A stretch of 60,915 nt of DNA from Fidelibacterota bacterium (GCA_038280095.1 JAYPYG010000002.1:1-60915); one strand, 5' to 3'. Positions 9,627 to 20,089 are shown, counted from the first letter of the stretch. Numbers and translations are program-made. The notes: generated by a model not told the origin, from the letters alone.

Positions 9627-10598
9627 TTATATTAATTTTGTTTGATATAAATCATGTAGTGTAAGTAAGCCAAGACACTCTTTTTTACTATTAACAATGG
9701 GTAAAACTGATATTTGTGAGTGTCTGTCTTCCATAATTTTCATAGCATCCAAAATTGAGGTTGAAGGAGTAATTGAAATAGGATTAGTATTTATAAAATT
9801 TTTTATAGAATCGTTTAAATCATTACTTGAAGCAATAGACTTTCGTAAATCACCTTCTGTCAATATACCCTTTAATTGATTACCCTCTAATTGAAAAGCT
9901 ACACCTAGAGGTTTCTCAGTCATTTTTGCTGCACAAGAACTTATAGAATCATTATCAACTATTTGAGCAACATCATCGATATAATGCATTACACTTTCTA
10001 CTCTAAGTGCCAATTGTTTTCCTAATTCTCCACCAGGATGATTTTTTGCAAAATCTTCTTTATCAAAACCTCTTTGAACCATCAAGACCGATGCTAAAGC
10101 ATCTCCTATAGCCAAAGCAACTAGAGAGCTTGTTGTAGGTACAATACCGAGAGGGTCTATTTCTTTTTCTACTGTTCCATCTAAAACGATATCAGCGTTC
10201 TTTGCAATAAATGAATCAATATTTCCAACAATTGCTATGATTGGAGATTTAAATTCTTTAAGTATAGGAATCAATTTGACTATTTCTTCAGTATTACCAC
10301 TTTTAGAAATTAAAATAGTAGGGTCTCCAGGATTATAGATTCCTAAGTCTCCATGAATTGCCTCTGCAGCATGCATGTAGACACTTTGCGTGCCAGTGCT
10401 ACATAAAGTTGCAACTATCTTTTGCCCTATTAGACCAGATTTTCCCAAACCGCACACAACAAGTTTTCCTGGGTGATTAAAAATTAATTCTGAAGCTTGT
10501 TGAATATCATCGTCAATTCTTTTAGACACTTCTAAAAGTTGAGAAGAAACACTCTCAAGAATTGATTGTGACAACCCATGTATTTCACTTTTTCCCAT
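9627..10598 (-). CDS. kdsD: Arabinose-5-phosphate isomerase (SIS + 2 CBS domains)
   Basis: GLGKSGLIG, EAIHGDLG, ISKSG, PTTSS, GDALA, NHPGG.LG, CBS pair. Confidence 0.95.
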   Translation of the reverse strand: MGKSEIHGLSQSILESVSSQLLEVSKRIDDDIQQASELIFNHPGKLVVCGLGKSGLIGQKIVATLCSTGTQSVYMHAAEAIHGDLGIYNPGDPTILISKSGNTEEIVKLIPILKEFKSPIIAIVGNIDSFIAKNADIVLDGTVEKEIDPLGIVPTTSSLVALAIGDALASVLMVQRGFDKEDFAKNHPGGELGKQLALRVESVMHYIDDVAQIVDNDSISSCAAKMTEKPLGVAFQLEGNQLKGILTEGDLRKSIASSNDLNDSIKNFINTNPISITPSTSILDAMKIMEDRHSQISVLPIVNSKKECLGLLTLHDLYQTKLI

Positions 10599-10658
10599 AC
10601 AATCGATAATATAAATAGTTTTTATGGAATTGTGACTGATAAATTTGTAGTATTGCCG

Positions 10659-11423
10659 ATGAATATTTTTATTACAGGAGCCAGTAGTGGTATTGGAGAA
10701 TATGTTGCTTACGAATATAGCAAAAGAGGTGCAACTATTGCACTATGTGCTAGACGTAAGAAAAAATTAGAAAATATTGCTCAAAAGTGTGAGACTTTAG
10801 GTGCAAAAATATATACCTATTCAGTAGATGTCACAGATCAACATTCAACGAAAGAGTCAATTGAAGATTTTCTAAGTAAAGTTCCTACAATTGATTTGGT
10901 TTTTGCAAATGCTGGTTTAGGATTACTTGATTTTGTTGAAAAAGGAGATCCTTCAGTAATGAATGATATGATTAATACCAACGTGATTGGTGTAAATAAT
11001 ACTGTTGTACCGTTTATACCAAAAATGCTTGAACAATATAGTGGACATATTGCTGTAGTAGGTTCAGTTGCAAGTTTTGTTGCGTGGCCTGGTTCAGGAG
11101 CATATGCTGGTTCAAAATGGGCTGTAAGAGCGTTAACAGGTTCTTTAAGAAATTCTCTACCAAAACAAATAGCTGTTACTTTAATTTGTCCAGGATTTGT
11201 ACAAAGTGAAATGACAGATCCTGTTGAATTTAAACCGTTCTTAATTGGTACAGAAAAAGCAGCAAAAAAAATAGTTCGTGCATTGGATAAAAAAAGAAAG
11301 GTATTTATTTTTCCTTGGCAATGGAATATAGTGGTTCTTTTTAGAAAACTAATCTACGTATTCATGGGAAAAGCATTTCAAAAAAAACACGATAAGTTTC
11401 GATTAAAGAATCAATCTAACTAA
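10659..11423 (+). CDS. SDR family oxidoreductase
   Basis: ITGASSGIG, NAG, S..YAGSK, CPGFV.SEMT. Start moved to ATG 10659. Confidence 0.92.
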   Translation: MNIFITGASSGIGEYVAYEYSKRGATIALCARRKKKLENIAQKCETLGAKIYTYSVDVTDQHSTKESIEDFLSKVPTIDLVFANAGLGLLDFVEKGDPSVMNDMINTNVIGVNNTVVPFIPKMLEQYSGHIAVVGSVASFVAWPGSGAYAGSKWAVRALTGSLRNSLPKQIAVTLICPGFVQSEMTDPVEFKPFLIGTEKAAKKIVRALDKKRKVFIFPWQWNIVVLFRKLIYVFMGKAFQKKHDKFRLKNQSN

Positions 11424-12249
11424 TCAGCTTAAAGGCTACATAAAATAATAGCAATCCAGGCAAGAATAGCATAAAACCTATCGCCTCTCCAAAAACCAAA
11501 TAAGAATTTAAAATTGCAATTGGTATAACAGCGTTATTCATCAGCGCTAATTTTTCAGCAGAAACTTTTGTAGCTCCTATGTTCCATGCCAGAAAACCAA
11601 AACCTGTTGAAACCAAACCAAGAAATAATAAAGCCAATAAGTTTGATGTGGTCAACAACTGATTATTATCAGAATTTGAGAGAAAAAATATGGAAGTAAT
11701 TAGCACTGCGCCCAAGAACATTTGTGAAAAATTATGAATGATATCCGTTGAGCTATTATTTGAATGCCATTTTTTAAACATCACTTGACCAAAAGCAAAA
11801 CATATGTTAGCAACTTGAATTAAAAGAAAACCAGTCCAATAATCTATGGGATTAGCAATATTCAATCGCATCATATATGAGCCAATTAAAACTAAAATAA
11901 CTGCAATAAATCCTTTTAAAGAAAAAGATCCTTTGATTAAAAACTGAGAGGATAAACCTACGAAAATAGGAGTTGTTATTGTGAAAGTTGCAATAAGGTA
12001 AGCAGGTAAATATTCGTAGGACTGAATGTAGAAAACATACATAAGTCCAAATTGGCTTGCGCCTATTAATATTAACCTAAGATCGAAACTAAATTTCTTA
12101 AAATTGTATATGGTTAGAGTTGAAAAAAAAATTAGTGCAATTAGATTTCTCATAAAGCTAATAAATGCTGAATCAATACCAGGTAGACCATATTTTATAA
12201 TACCGAAAGAGAATGACCAAAGAATTGATACTATAACGAGATATATCAC
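11416..12249 (-). CDS. EamA/DMT transporter, YigM/BioP-like
   Basis: About 10 TMs. ILWSFSF..DS.F..F.R and IGA.QFG.MY...TP resemble E. coli YigM as I recall it. Confidence 0.8.
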   Translation of the reverse strand: MIYLVIVSILWSFSFGIIKYGLPGIDSAFISFMRNLIALIFFSTLTIYNFKKFSFDLRLILIGASQFGLMYVFYIQSYEYLPAYLIATFTITTPIFVGLSSQFLIKGSFSLKGFIAVILVLIGSYMMRLNIANPIDYWTGFLLIQVANICFAFGQVMFKKWHSNNSSTDIIHNFSQMFLGAVLITSIFFLSNSDNNQLLTTSNLLALLFLGLVSTGFGFLAWNIGATKVSAEKLALMNNAVIPIAILNSYLVFGEAIGFMLFLPGLLLFYVAFKLIS

Positions 12250-12483
12250 TCAGACCCTTAAATCATCAATTAGCTTTGCAAGCCTATAGTCTTTTTCTGT
12301 GATTTCACCAGCATCATGTGTTGTCAATGATACCGTAACTTTGCAATAACCAATAATAATATCAGGATGATGATTTTCTTGTTCAGCTAAATTTGCAATT
12401 TCATTTACAAAATCTATGCCATCTAAATAATTATTAAATTCAAAAGTTTTAGAAATTGTTTTATCTATTTCGTTCCACTGCAT
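12250..12483 (-). CDS. phhB: Pterin-4-alpha-carbinolamine dehydratase
   Basis: F.F.NY..G..FVN.IA.LAE.ENHHPDI....V.V.LTTHDAG.ITEKD..LA. Confidence 0.95.
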   Translation of the reverse strand: MQWNEIDKTISKTFEFNNYLDGIDFVNEIANLAEQENHHPDIIIGYCKVTVSLTTHDAGEITEKDYRLAKLIDDLRV

Positions 12484-12484
12484 A

Positions 12485-14275
12485 CTAGAATGGCCAAATC
12501 ATAGGAATCATAATAACTGAAATAATCCAAAGAATTATTCCTAAAGGTAATCCAACTTTAATGTAATCGGAATATCTATATCCTCCAGGACCAAACACCA
12601 TCAAATTTGTTTGATATCCTACTGGAGTAATAAATGAAGCTGACGCTGCATAGCAAACAGCAAATATAAAAGGCTTTGGATCAAATCCGAAACTTGCTGC
12701 TAGAGATAATGTAATTGGGGTCATAATAATTGCAGTAGCAGCATTTGACGCAATCTCAGTAAGAATCATAGTAATAAAATATATTAATGCTAACAATAAA
12801 TACGGAAGTATATCAGCAGGAAATAAGTTAACAAAGCTTGAGATTGAATCACTTATTATAACATCTAATCCTGTTCGTTGAATTGCTGCTCCCATAGGAA
12901 GAAATGCAGCAATCACTATAATAACTTGCCAATGAATTGAGCTATATGCCTCATTTGGAGTTATTACTTTTGAAAGCAATAATGCAATTACACCGAGAAT
13001 AACACCAACAACAATAGGCACAATATCAAAAATAGCCAATGTTACTGCTAACAATATAGATGCTAAACTAAGCCACCAAAAAGGATGTCCATCAAGCGAT
13101 CCATCCACTTTACCCAATACAATGAATCCTTCCTTATTAGCTAGCTGATTAATTCTATCTTTTGGGCCATAAACTAATAACGTATCGAAAGGCTTTAAAA
13201 TAAAATGAGCCAGTTTTCTACGAATGATTTCCCCTTCTCTTCGTATTGCTAAAACAAAACTTCCGAAAGATCTTCTAAAATTAGCTTCTTGCAAAGAAAG
13301 ACCTATTAATTCTGAATTGTCAGTAACTAGACATTCAGCTAATATATTATCCTCCTGCTCTAGTTCATCTTGTGTAAGTTTTTCATCAGCTAACATAACC
13401 AAATTTTCAATTTCTTTTAGTCTTTGAAAATTATCAAACGAACCTTTTACAAAAAGTATGTCATCTTCTTGGATAACCATATTACGAAGATTAGAATTGA
13501 TGATTTCACCATTCCTTAGTACGTCTAGTACTATCACATCATAGTTTTCATTTATTTTTCTATCTAGTAATGTTTTACCCGTGAGGGGTGAATTTTTAGA
13601 AACTTTAAATTCTGTTAAATAACCATCCAATCTATAATCTTCAATACTTGATGATTTTGCTACTCTTGTTGGCAAAAGCTTATATCCAATAGTAAAAATA
13701 TATAATAAACCAACTACAAATTTTATAATTCCAAACTTAGCAAACTCAAGCATACCTAGCGACACTTGACCATTGGAAGAATCAACTAAAATCGAATTAA
13801 CAATTAAATTTGTAGATGTACCTACTAGTGTTAGAGTACCTCCTAAGATAGCTGCATAACTCAATGGAATAAGTACTTTAGATGGACTTATGTTATATTT
13901 ATCAGCAAGCCGTATAGTTACAGGCATAAAAATCGCTACAATAGCAGTATTATTGACTACTGCAGAAGCTACTCCAATGGCAAATAGATAAGCAATCATA
14001 CCTAAAACTCGAGATTTATCTATCAAAGAATTGATGTTTATTATTAAATATTCTAGTACATGTGATTTTTGTAAAGCATGACTTAAAATAAATAAGCAAG
14101 CTATTGTAATGACTGCAGGATTAGAAAATCCTGCAAGACTTTCAGTAGGACTTACTAATCCCAGAATTAGTAACAATCCTAAAACTAATAATGCAGTTAC
14201 ATCTATTGGAAATAATTCTGTAACAAATAATACTAAAGCTACCAAAATTATTGCACCTAGGAATAAAATTTCCAT
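12485..14275 (-). CDS. SLC13/DASS-type permease with TrkA-C domains
   Basis: GFSNPAVIT, VNNTA.V, PLSYAAILGG.LTL.GTSTNL, two TrkA-C repeats, TP.GYQTNLMV.GPGGY. Start at ATG 14275 because the upstream in-frame part lies inside tRNA-Leu. Confidence 0.9.
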   Translation of the reverse strand: MEILFLGAIILVALVLFVTELFPIDVTALLVLGLLLILGLVSPTESLAGFSNPAVITIACLFILSHALQKSHVLEYLIININSLIDKSRVLGMIAYLFAIGVASAVVNNTAIVAIFMPVTIRLADKYNISPSKVLIPLSYAAILGGTLTLVGTSTNLIVNSILVDSSNGQVSLGMLEFAKFGIIKFVVGLLYIFTIGYKLLPTRVAKSSSIEDYRLDGYLTEFKVSKNSPLTGKTLLDRKINENYDVIVLDVLRNGEIINSNLRNMVIQEDDILFVKGSFDNFQRLKEIENLVMLADEKLTQDELEQEDNILAECLVTDNSELIGLSLQEANFRRSFGSFVLAIRREGEIIRRKLAHFILKPFDTLLVYGPKDRINQLANKEGFIVLGKVDGSLDGHPFWWLSLASILLAVTLAIFDIVPIVVGVILGVIALLLSKVITPNEAYSSIHWQVIIVIAAFLPMGAAIQRTGLDVIISDSISSFVNLFPADILPYLLLALIYFITMILTEIASNAATAIIMTPITLSLAASFGFDPKPFIFAVCYAASASFITPVGYQTNLMVFGPGGYRYSDYIKVGLPLGIILWIISVIMIPMIWPF

Positions 14276-14278
14276 AAG

Positions 14279-14360
14279 TACCGTGGAAAGGACTCGAACC
14301 TTCACATCTTACGATACTGGTTCCTAAGACCAGCGCGTCTACCAATTCCGCCACCACGGC
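14279..14360 (-). tRNA. tRNA-Leu(TAG)
   Basis: GCCGTGG/CCACGGT acceptor, GGAATTGGTAGACGC D-arm, CTGGT-CTTAGGA-ACCAG, long variable arm, GGTTCGAGTCC. Confidence 0.96.
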
Positions 14361-14402
14361 ATATTTATCGAAATATAAAGATAAAAAGTAAAAAAAGTTT
14401 AC

Positions 14403-15575
14403 TTAATGATTGATAGCTAAATCAAGCTCAGAAATTAAATCTTCTACATCCTCAATACCAACAGAAAGCCTTAATAGATTTTTTGTAATTCCCAACTTTT
14501 CTTTTTCTTTCTTTGGAACAGATGCATGAGTCATAGAATAAGGACATGAAATTAGAGTCTTTACTCCGCCCAAGCTCTCAGCTAAAGTAATAAAGTTTAA
14601 TTTCTTTGCAAATTTGTTAACATTTACTTTACTATCGAGTTCAAAAGAAATGATTCCACCGAAAACTGATTTTCCTTCAGGGTTCTTCTGTTGTTTTTTT
14701 GCTATTGCATGTTGCGGATGATCTTTAAGTCCTGGATAAATCACTCTTGTAACTTTTTTATGATTTTTAAGCCAATTTGCAATGATCATCGCATTGCTAA
14801 AATGTCTTTCTACCCTCAATGATAAAGTTTTAACAGAACGAAGAAGTAGCCAAGCATCAAAAGGGCTTGGCAAAGCTCCTGCAGTATTTTGAATTAAAGT
14901 AATTTTTTCTGCAGAACTCTTATCGTTAACCATTAGTGCCCCACTTAAAATATCAGAATGACCTCCAATATATTTTGTAGTACTGTGCATGACAATATCA
15001 GCGCCAAGATTAAGCGGCTTTTGTCCACAAGGACTCATAAAAGTATTATCAACACTTACTAAAATATTTTTAGGCTTACATAGCTTACTTACTGAAGAAA
15101 TATCTGCAATTTCAAGTAATGGATTACTCGGTGTTTCTAAGTGAATTAATTTTGTATTATCCCTAATTGAATCTTTAATAGTCTTTAAGTTTGTAGTATC
15201 AATAAAGTCAAAATCAACTCCATTATCATTCAATACTTTTGTAACAAGTCTAAAGACACCGCCATATACATTTTGTGAAATTAAAACATGATCTCCTGGC
15301 TTAAACATTAAAAATATTGCCGACATAGCTGCCATGCCAGATGCGAAAGCAAAAGAAAACTTTGCATCTTCTAACATTGCAAAATTTTCTTCTAAGGCAT
15401 CAATTGTTGGACCTCCAGTTCTCGAATAAACAAATTTCTCAGAGCTACTAAAACTTGGCTGTCTAAAAGTTGAGGTTAAATGAAGAGGAGTAACTGCAGC
15501 GCCTGTTTCATCAATTTTGTTACCAGTATGAATAGATTTTGTTAAGAACTTTGTATTTTTTTTATTCTTAGCCAC
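14403..15575 (-). CDS. Cystathionine gamma-lyase/synthase (Cys/Met metabolism PLP enzyme)
   Basis: YSR.G.PT, FASGMAA, ETPSNP, VDNTF, HSTTKYIGGHSD (PLP lysine), AESLGG, LRLSVGIE. Confidence 0.93.
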   Translation of the reverse strand: MAKNKKNTKFLTKSIHTGNKIDETGAAVTPLHLTSTFRQPSFSSSEKFVYSRTGGPTIDALEENFAMLEDAKFSFAFASGMAAMSAIFLMFKPGDHVLISQNVYGGVFRLVTKVLNDNGVDFDFIDTTNLKTIKDSIRDNTKLIHLETPSNPLLEIADISSVSKLCKPKNILVSVDNTFMSPCGQKPLNLGADIVMHSTTKYIGGHSDILSGALMVNDKSSAEKITLIQNTAGALPSPFDAWLLLRSVKTLSLRVERHFSNAMIIANWLKNHKKVTRVIYPGLKDHPQHAIAKKQQKNPEGKSVFGGIISFELDSKVNVNKFAKKLNFITLAESLGGVKTLISCPYSMTHASVPKKEKEKLGITKNLLRLSVGIEDVEDLISELDLAINH

Positions 15576-18500
15576 GAGTATATCCTTTCATTAAATACTG
15601 ATCAATTTTTTTAAATTTTACTTTAACTCTTTCACCTGATGGAGCAATAAGTTCGACTTTATCATTTCTTCCAAGCTTTAATTCAGATTCATTTGACATA
15701 TCTTCCCTTGGAGGAATATTTTTAGGGATTTCATTTGAATCACTTTTTACTGCTTCATCATGTTGAAGTTGAATATTTTTTTGTAATGGATTTTGTTGAG
15801 TCTGAACTTGGTCGCTCACTTGCGCATGAAAAACTCTTTGAATAACAGTGCTTCTTAAGCTAACCATTAATTCTTGAAAAAAGTTATAAGATTCAGATTT
15901 ATATTCAATTAATGGATTTTTCTGTCCATAAGCTCTTAACCCTATCCCTTCTCTTAGTTGATCCATTCCCAATAAATGATTTCTCCATTTTTCATCAATA
16001 GTTTTTAGTACGATAAATTTTTCAACTTTTCTTAATAACTCTGAAGGAATAACATCTTCTTTAAGTTTATAATATTTTAATGCTTCCTCATTTATGTAAT
16101 CAATTAGCTCATCTAAAGATTGTAAAGATTCAATTTCATTAACATCTATGTTGACAAGTAAATTACTATTTAGCTGTTGATTAATACTTTGCCAATCCCA
16201 ATCTTTTATTTGCTTAAAATCTAAATCTCCGACAATATCAAAAATAAAATCTTCAATAAACTCATTTATAGTATCTTTAATCGATTCAGAAAGAAGTGCC
16301 TTGTTTCGTAAATCATATATTATTTCTCTTTGCTGATTTAAAACATCATCATACTCTAACAGATGTTTTCTCATTGCAAAGTTTCTTTCTTCAACTTTCT
16401 TTTGAGCATTACTAACACCTCTATTCAACATCCCCGCGCTTAGCTCTTGATCTTCATCCATTGAGAGTCGATCCATGTATGTTGCAAGTCTATCCATATT
16501 AAATAGTCTCATCAGGTCATCTTCTAAAGAAATATAAAATCTTGAAGACCCATTATCACCTTGTCTTCCAGATCTACCCATTAATTGCAAATCTATCCTT
16601 CTTGACTCATGTCTGGCTGTACCAATTATATGTAACCCTCCTAACTCTTCAACGCCAGGTCCTAACTTAATATCTGTTCCTCTACCTGCCATATTAGTAG
16701 CAATAGTAATTGATTTTTTTAAACCAGCTTGAGCTACAATTTGCGCTTCGCTTTGATGTTGCTTTGCATTTAATACATTATGAGGAATTCCTTTTTGTTT
16801 TAACATTTTTGAAAGTAGTTCAGATACCTCAACAGAAACTGTTCCAATTAAAACTGGTTGGCCTTTTGAGTAATATTCACTCACTTCTTTTATTACTGCC
16901 TTGTATTTTGCTTGCATTGATTTATAAATGACATCATTAAAATCATTTCTCTTAATAGGTCTATGAGTTGGAATTACAGTAACTCCAAGATTATAAATTT
17001 TTTCAAATTCAGCAGCTTCTGTATCAGCGGTACCTGTCATTCCAGATAATTTATCATACATTCTAAAATAATTTTGAATCGTTATTGATGCTAAAGTTTG
17101 TGTTTCTTTTTCAATTTTAACGTTTTCTTTTGCTTCCAATGCTTGATGAAGACCTCCGCTAAATCTTCTTCCTGGAAGAACTCTTCCTGTAAATTCATCG
17201 ACGATTAATACTTGACCATTTTGAACAACATATTCAACATCTTTATCAAAAAGAGTATATGCTTTTAACAATTGACTAAGATAATGAATCTTACTACTTC
17301 TTTCAGAATGCAACTTATATACCTTTTCTTTTTGTAATTGTTTTTGTTCATCTGAAAGATCTTGCTCATCAATATCTGAAAGCAATTCGCCTAAATCTGG
17401 AATAGTAAATGCATCTTTATTATCAGGAGATAATGCTTCTCTACCCTTATCTGATAAATCAACACTATTTGATTGTTCGTCAATCGAGAATAATAAATCT
17501 TCATCCAATAAATAAGTTTTCTTCTCTGCAATATATTCTGATTCCACAGCATTCATCATCTTAATTGTTCCCTGCTCTTGGAATAAATCTTGTAGTTTTT
17601 GAAATTTTGGTAACCCTCTTTTAGCCTTTAGAAGAAGCAATCCAGCTTGTTGTTTTTCATCATCAGATAGAGTTTCATTTTTTAATAATGTTTGCGCTTC
17701 AGAAACAAGTGTACTAATTAGTTGAGTTTGTTTTACAACAAGAGATTGTACAGGTCGCTTTAAATCTACATAAGATTGATTAATTTTTGTCTCAACAGGA
17801 CCAGAGATAATTAAAGGTGTTCTTGCCTCATCTATAAATACACTATCAACTTCATCAACAATTGCATAATTGTGCTTTCTCTGCACCAAAAATTCACTAT
17901 CAATAGTCATATTATCTCTTAAATAATCAAACCCAAATTCATTATTTGTTCCATACGTTATATCACAATTATACGATGATTTTCTTTGTTCAGGGTTCAT
18001 GCTATTTAAAATAAATCCAACAGATAATCCAAGAGTTTCAAAAACTTTTCCCATCCATTCTGCGTCTCTTTGCGCAAGATAGTCATTTACAGTAATCACA
18101 TGAACACCTCTTCCTGAAAGAGCATTAAGGTAAATTGGAAAAGTAGCTACCAGTGTCTTACCTTCTCCAGTCTTCATTTCTGAAATCTTTCCTTGATGTA
18201 AAACTATCCCACCAATTATCTGTTCATCATAAGGAATCATTTCCCACTTAATTTTTTGACCAACCACTTCCCATTCCTTGCCATACAAAAGTCTGCAGGC
18301 ATGTTTTACAAGAGCAAAAGCTTCGATTAAATGTTGTTCTAAAACATTTTCTGCAATTTGAGATCTTATTTTTTTTAGCTCTTTAGAGTCATCTATATTA
18401 TTGAGCTTTTTACTTTCTTGCTCAGCTATGGATTCTTTGATTACGGTTTGTAATTCTTTTGTTCGATCTTGTAAATAGGATAAATCTTTTCCTTTAAGAG

Positions 18501-18594
18501 TGGCATAAAATTCATTTACTTGCTTTACAATAGGTAAAATTTTCTTTATTTCCCTATCTGATTTTGTTCCAAATATTTTTGTTAAAATACCCAA
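15568..18594 (-). CDS. secA: Preprotein translocase ATPase SecA
   Basis: MKTGEGKT, VDEVDS..IDEARTPLIISG, TNMAGRGTDI, GRSGRQGD; TTG start. Confidence 0.98.
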   Translation of the reverse strand: MGILTKIFGTKSDREIKKILPIVKQVNEFYATLKGKDLSYLQDRTKELQTVIKESIAEQESKKLNNIDDSKELKKIRSQIAENVLEQHLIEAFALVKHACRLLYGKEWEVVGQKIKWEMIPYDEQIIGGIVLHQGKISEMKTGEGKTLVATFPIYLNALSGRGVHVITVNDYLAQRDAEWMGKVFETLGLSVGFILNSMNPEQRKSSYNCDITYGTNNEFGFDYLRDNMTIDSEFLVQRKHNYAIVDEVDSVFIDEARTPLIISGPVETKINQSYVDLKRPVQSLVVKQTQLISTLVSEAQTLLKNETLSDDEKQQAGLLLLKAKRGLPKFQKLQDLFQEQGTIKMMNAVESEYIAEKKTYLLDEDLLFSIDEQSNSVDLSDKGREALSPDNKDAFTIPDLGELLSDIDEQDLSDEQKQLQKEKVYKLHSERSSKIHYLSQLLKAYTLFDKDVEYVVQNGQVLIVDEFTGRVLPGRRFSGGLHQALEAKENVKIEKETQTLASITIQNYFRMYDKLSGMTGTADTEAAEFEKIYNLGVTVIPTHRPIKRNDFNDVIYKSMQAKYKAVIKEVSEYYSKGQPVLIGTVSVEVSELLSKMLKQKGIPHNVLNAKQHQSEAQIVAQAGLKKSITIATNMAGRGTDIKLGPGVEELGGLHIIGTARHESRRIDLQLMGRSGRQGDNGSSRFYISLEDDLMRLFNMDRLATYMDRLSMDEDQELSAGMLNRGVSNAQKKVEERNFAMRKHLLEYDDVLNQQREIIYDLRNKALLSESIKDTINEFIEDFIFDIVGDLDFKQIKDWDWQSINQQLNSNLLVNIDVNEIESLQSLDELIDYINEEALKYYKLKEDVIPSELLRKVEKFIVLKTIDEKWRNHLLGMDQLREGIGLRAYGQKNPLIEYKSESYNFFQELMVSLRSTVIQRVFHAQVSDQVQTQQNPLQKNIQLQHDEAVKSDSNEIPKNIPPREDMSNESELKLGRNDKVELIAPSGERVKVKFKKIDQYLMKGYTRG

Positions 18595-19017
18595 TTATAA
18601 CTCCTTGTAAATTGAGTCAAGGACACCGTTAACAAATGAAGTACTATCTTCTGAGCTAAATTTTTTAGCATTTTCTATAGCAGAACTAATAGTAACCTTG
18701 TGAGAAATATCATATGACTTTAGATGAATCATTTCGCATAAAGACATTTGCATAATTAGTCTATCAATTACATTTAATCTATCTACTGTCCAATTATCAA
18801 GATTACTTTCAATATGTTTATCTAAATCATCAGAAAATTCGATTGTTGAATTAAAGAGTTCTTCTACAAATTTTTTAGTCATTTTGTCAAATTCATATCT
18901 TATCAAAATATCATGTAAGACTTTTTTTGCTTCCTCATTTGATACATGCTTTGCATAAAGTGCTTGTAATACGGCCTCTCTTGCTAACTTTCTTTGCTGT
19001 TTGTTACTTTTTGCCAT
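18595..19017 (-). CDS. nusB: Transcription antitermination factor NusB
   Basis: RKLAREAVLQALY, W...RL..IDR.I, FVNGVLD. Confidence 0.95.
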   Translation of the reverse strand: MAKSNKQQRKLAREAVLQALYAKHVSNEEAKKVLHDILIRYEFDKMTKKFVEELFNSTIEFSDDLDKHIESNLDNWTVDRLNVIDRLIMQMSLCEMIHLKSYDISHKVTISSAIENAKKFSSEDSTSFVNGVLDSIYKEL

Positions 19018-19024
19018 GATGTAG

Positions 19025-20089
19025 TTACTGATGATTCCAATTAATATAGTCTTGAATTCGTCTTTCAGCTAAAATGTTAGCTGCTTCAAGTGTCGAAATA
19101 TTATTATTTATCGCGTAATCAAAAATTTTTGTTAAAATATGGTAGATACCCTCAACTTGAAATTTTGCCTTTTCTTTGTTGTAACCCTGAAGTTCATTTG
19201 CAACATTCATTAATCCACCAGCATTAATTACATAATCAGGTACATACATTATTTGTTTTTCTTTCAATAACTTTGAATCTCTATCTTCTTTTTCTAACTG
19301 ATTGTTAGCAGCACCAGCAATAACACTACACTTTAAACTTTCAATCGTAGTGGGATTGATAACAGCCCCCATTGCGCATGGAGAAAAAACATCTAAGTCC
19401 ATTGACATTAGCTCATCAGCACTTACTGGATTAACACCAAATTCATCTTTAACTCTTTCAAGTGATTCTTCATTAATATCATTTCCATATATTTCTGCAC
19501 CTTCACTTTTTAAGTGAGAACACAAATAATATCCTACCTTACCAAAACCTTGAACACCTATTTTAAGTCCATGTAATGATTGAATATTTAATCTTTTTTT
19601 CAATGCAGCTTTCATTCCAACAAAAACTCCTAAAGCTGTAAGAATAGATGGATCGCCGCTTCCTCCCATTGCTCTTTTGATTCCAGTAACATGCTCAGTT
19701 TCCATTCTAATAAATTCCATATCACGGACAGTCATGCCAACATCTTCAGCAGTGATATATTTACCCCCAAGACTTTGTACAAATTTCCCAAATGATCTCA
19801 AAAGAACTTCTGATTTATCTGAATTTGGGTCTCCAATTATTACAGCTTTTCCACCACCTAAATTTAAATTAGAGATAGAAGCTTTATATGTCATACCTCT
19901 GGATAATCTTAAAACATCTACAAGCGCATCTTCTTCACTTTTATATGGATACATTCTACATCCTCCTAAAGCAGGTCCTAAAACAGTATTATGTATTGCA
20001 ATTATTGCTTTTAATCCAGAAGATGGATCATTGCAATAGACAACTTGCTCATGATTTTTATCAGATATTTTTTCAAAAATTTTTGTCAT
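19025..20089 (-). CDS. ldh: Leu/Phe/Val amino-acid dehydrogenase
   Basis: GPALGGCRM, RLSRGMTYK, GGGKAVI, YITAEDVG, QGFGKVG, IAGAANNQL, YVPDYVINAGG. Confidence 0.93.
   Translation of the reverse strand: MTKIFEKISDKNHEQVVYCNDPSSGLKAIIAIHNTVLGPALGGCRMYPYKSEEDALVDVLRLSRGMTYKASISNLNLGGGKAVIIGDPNSDKSEVLLRSFGKFVQSLGGKYITAEDVGMTVRDMEFIRMETEHVTGIKRAMGGSGDPSILTALGVFVGMKAALKKRLNIQSLHGLKIGVQGFGKVGYYLCSHLKSEGAEIYGNDINEESLERVKDEFGVNPVSADELMSMDLDVFSPCAMGAVINPTTIESLKCSVIAGAANNQLEKEDRDSKLLKEKQIMYVPDYVINAGGLMNVANELQGYNKEKAKFQVEGIYHILTKIFDYAINNNISTLEAANILAERRIQDYINWNHQ

Noticed and set aside
14142-14357. 71-aa ORF MVAELVDALVLG...
   Set aside because: It is a translation of tRNA-Leu. The 14305 extension of the SLC13 gene is also inside the tRNA.
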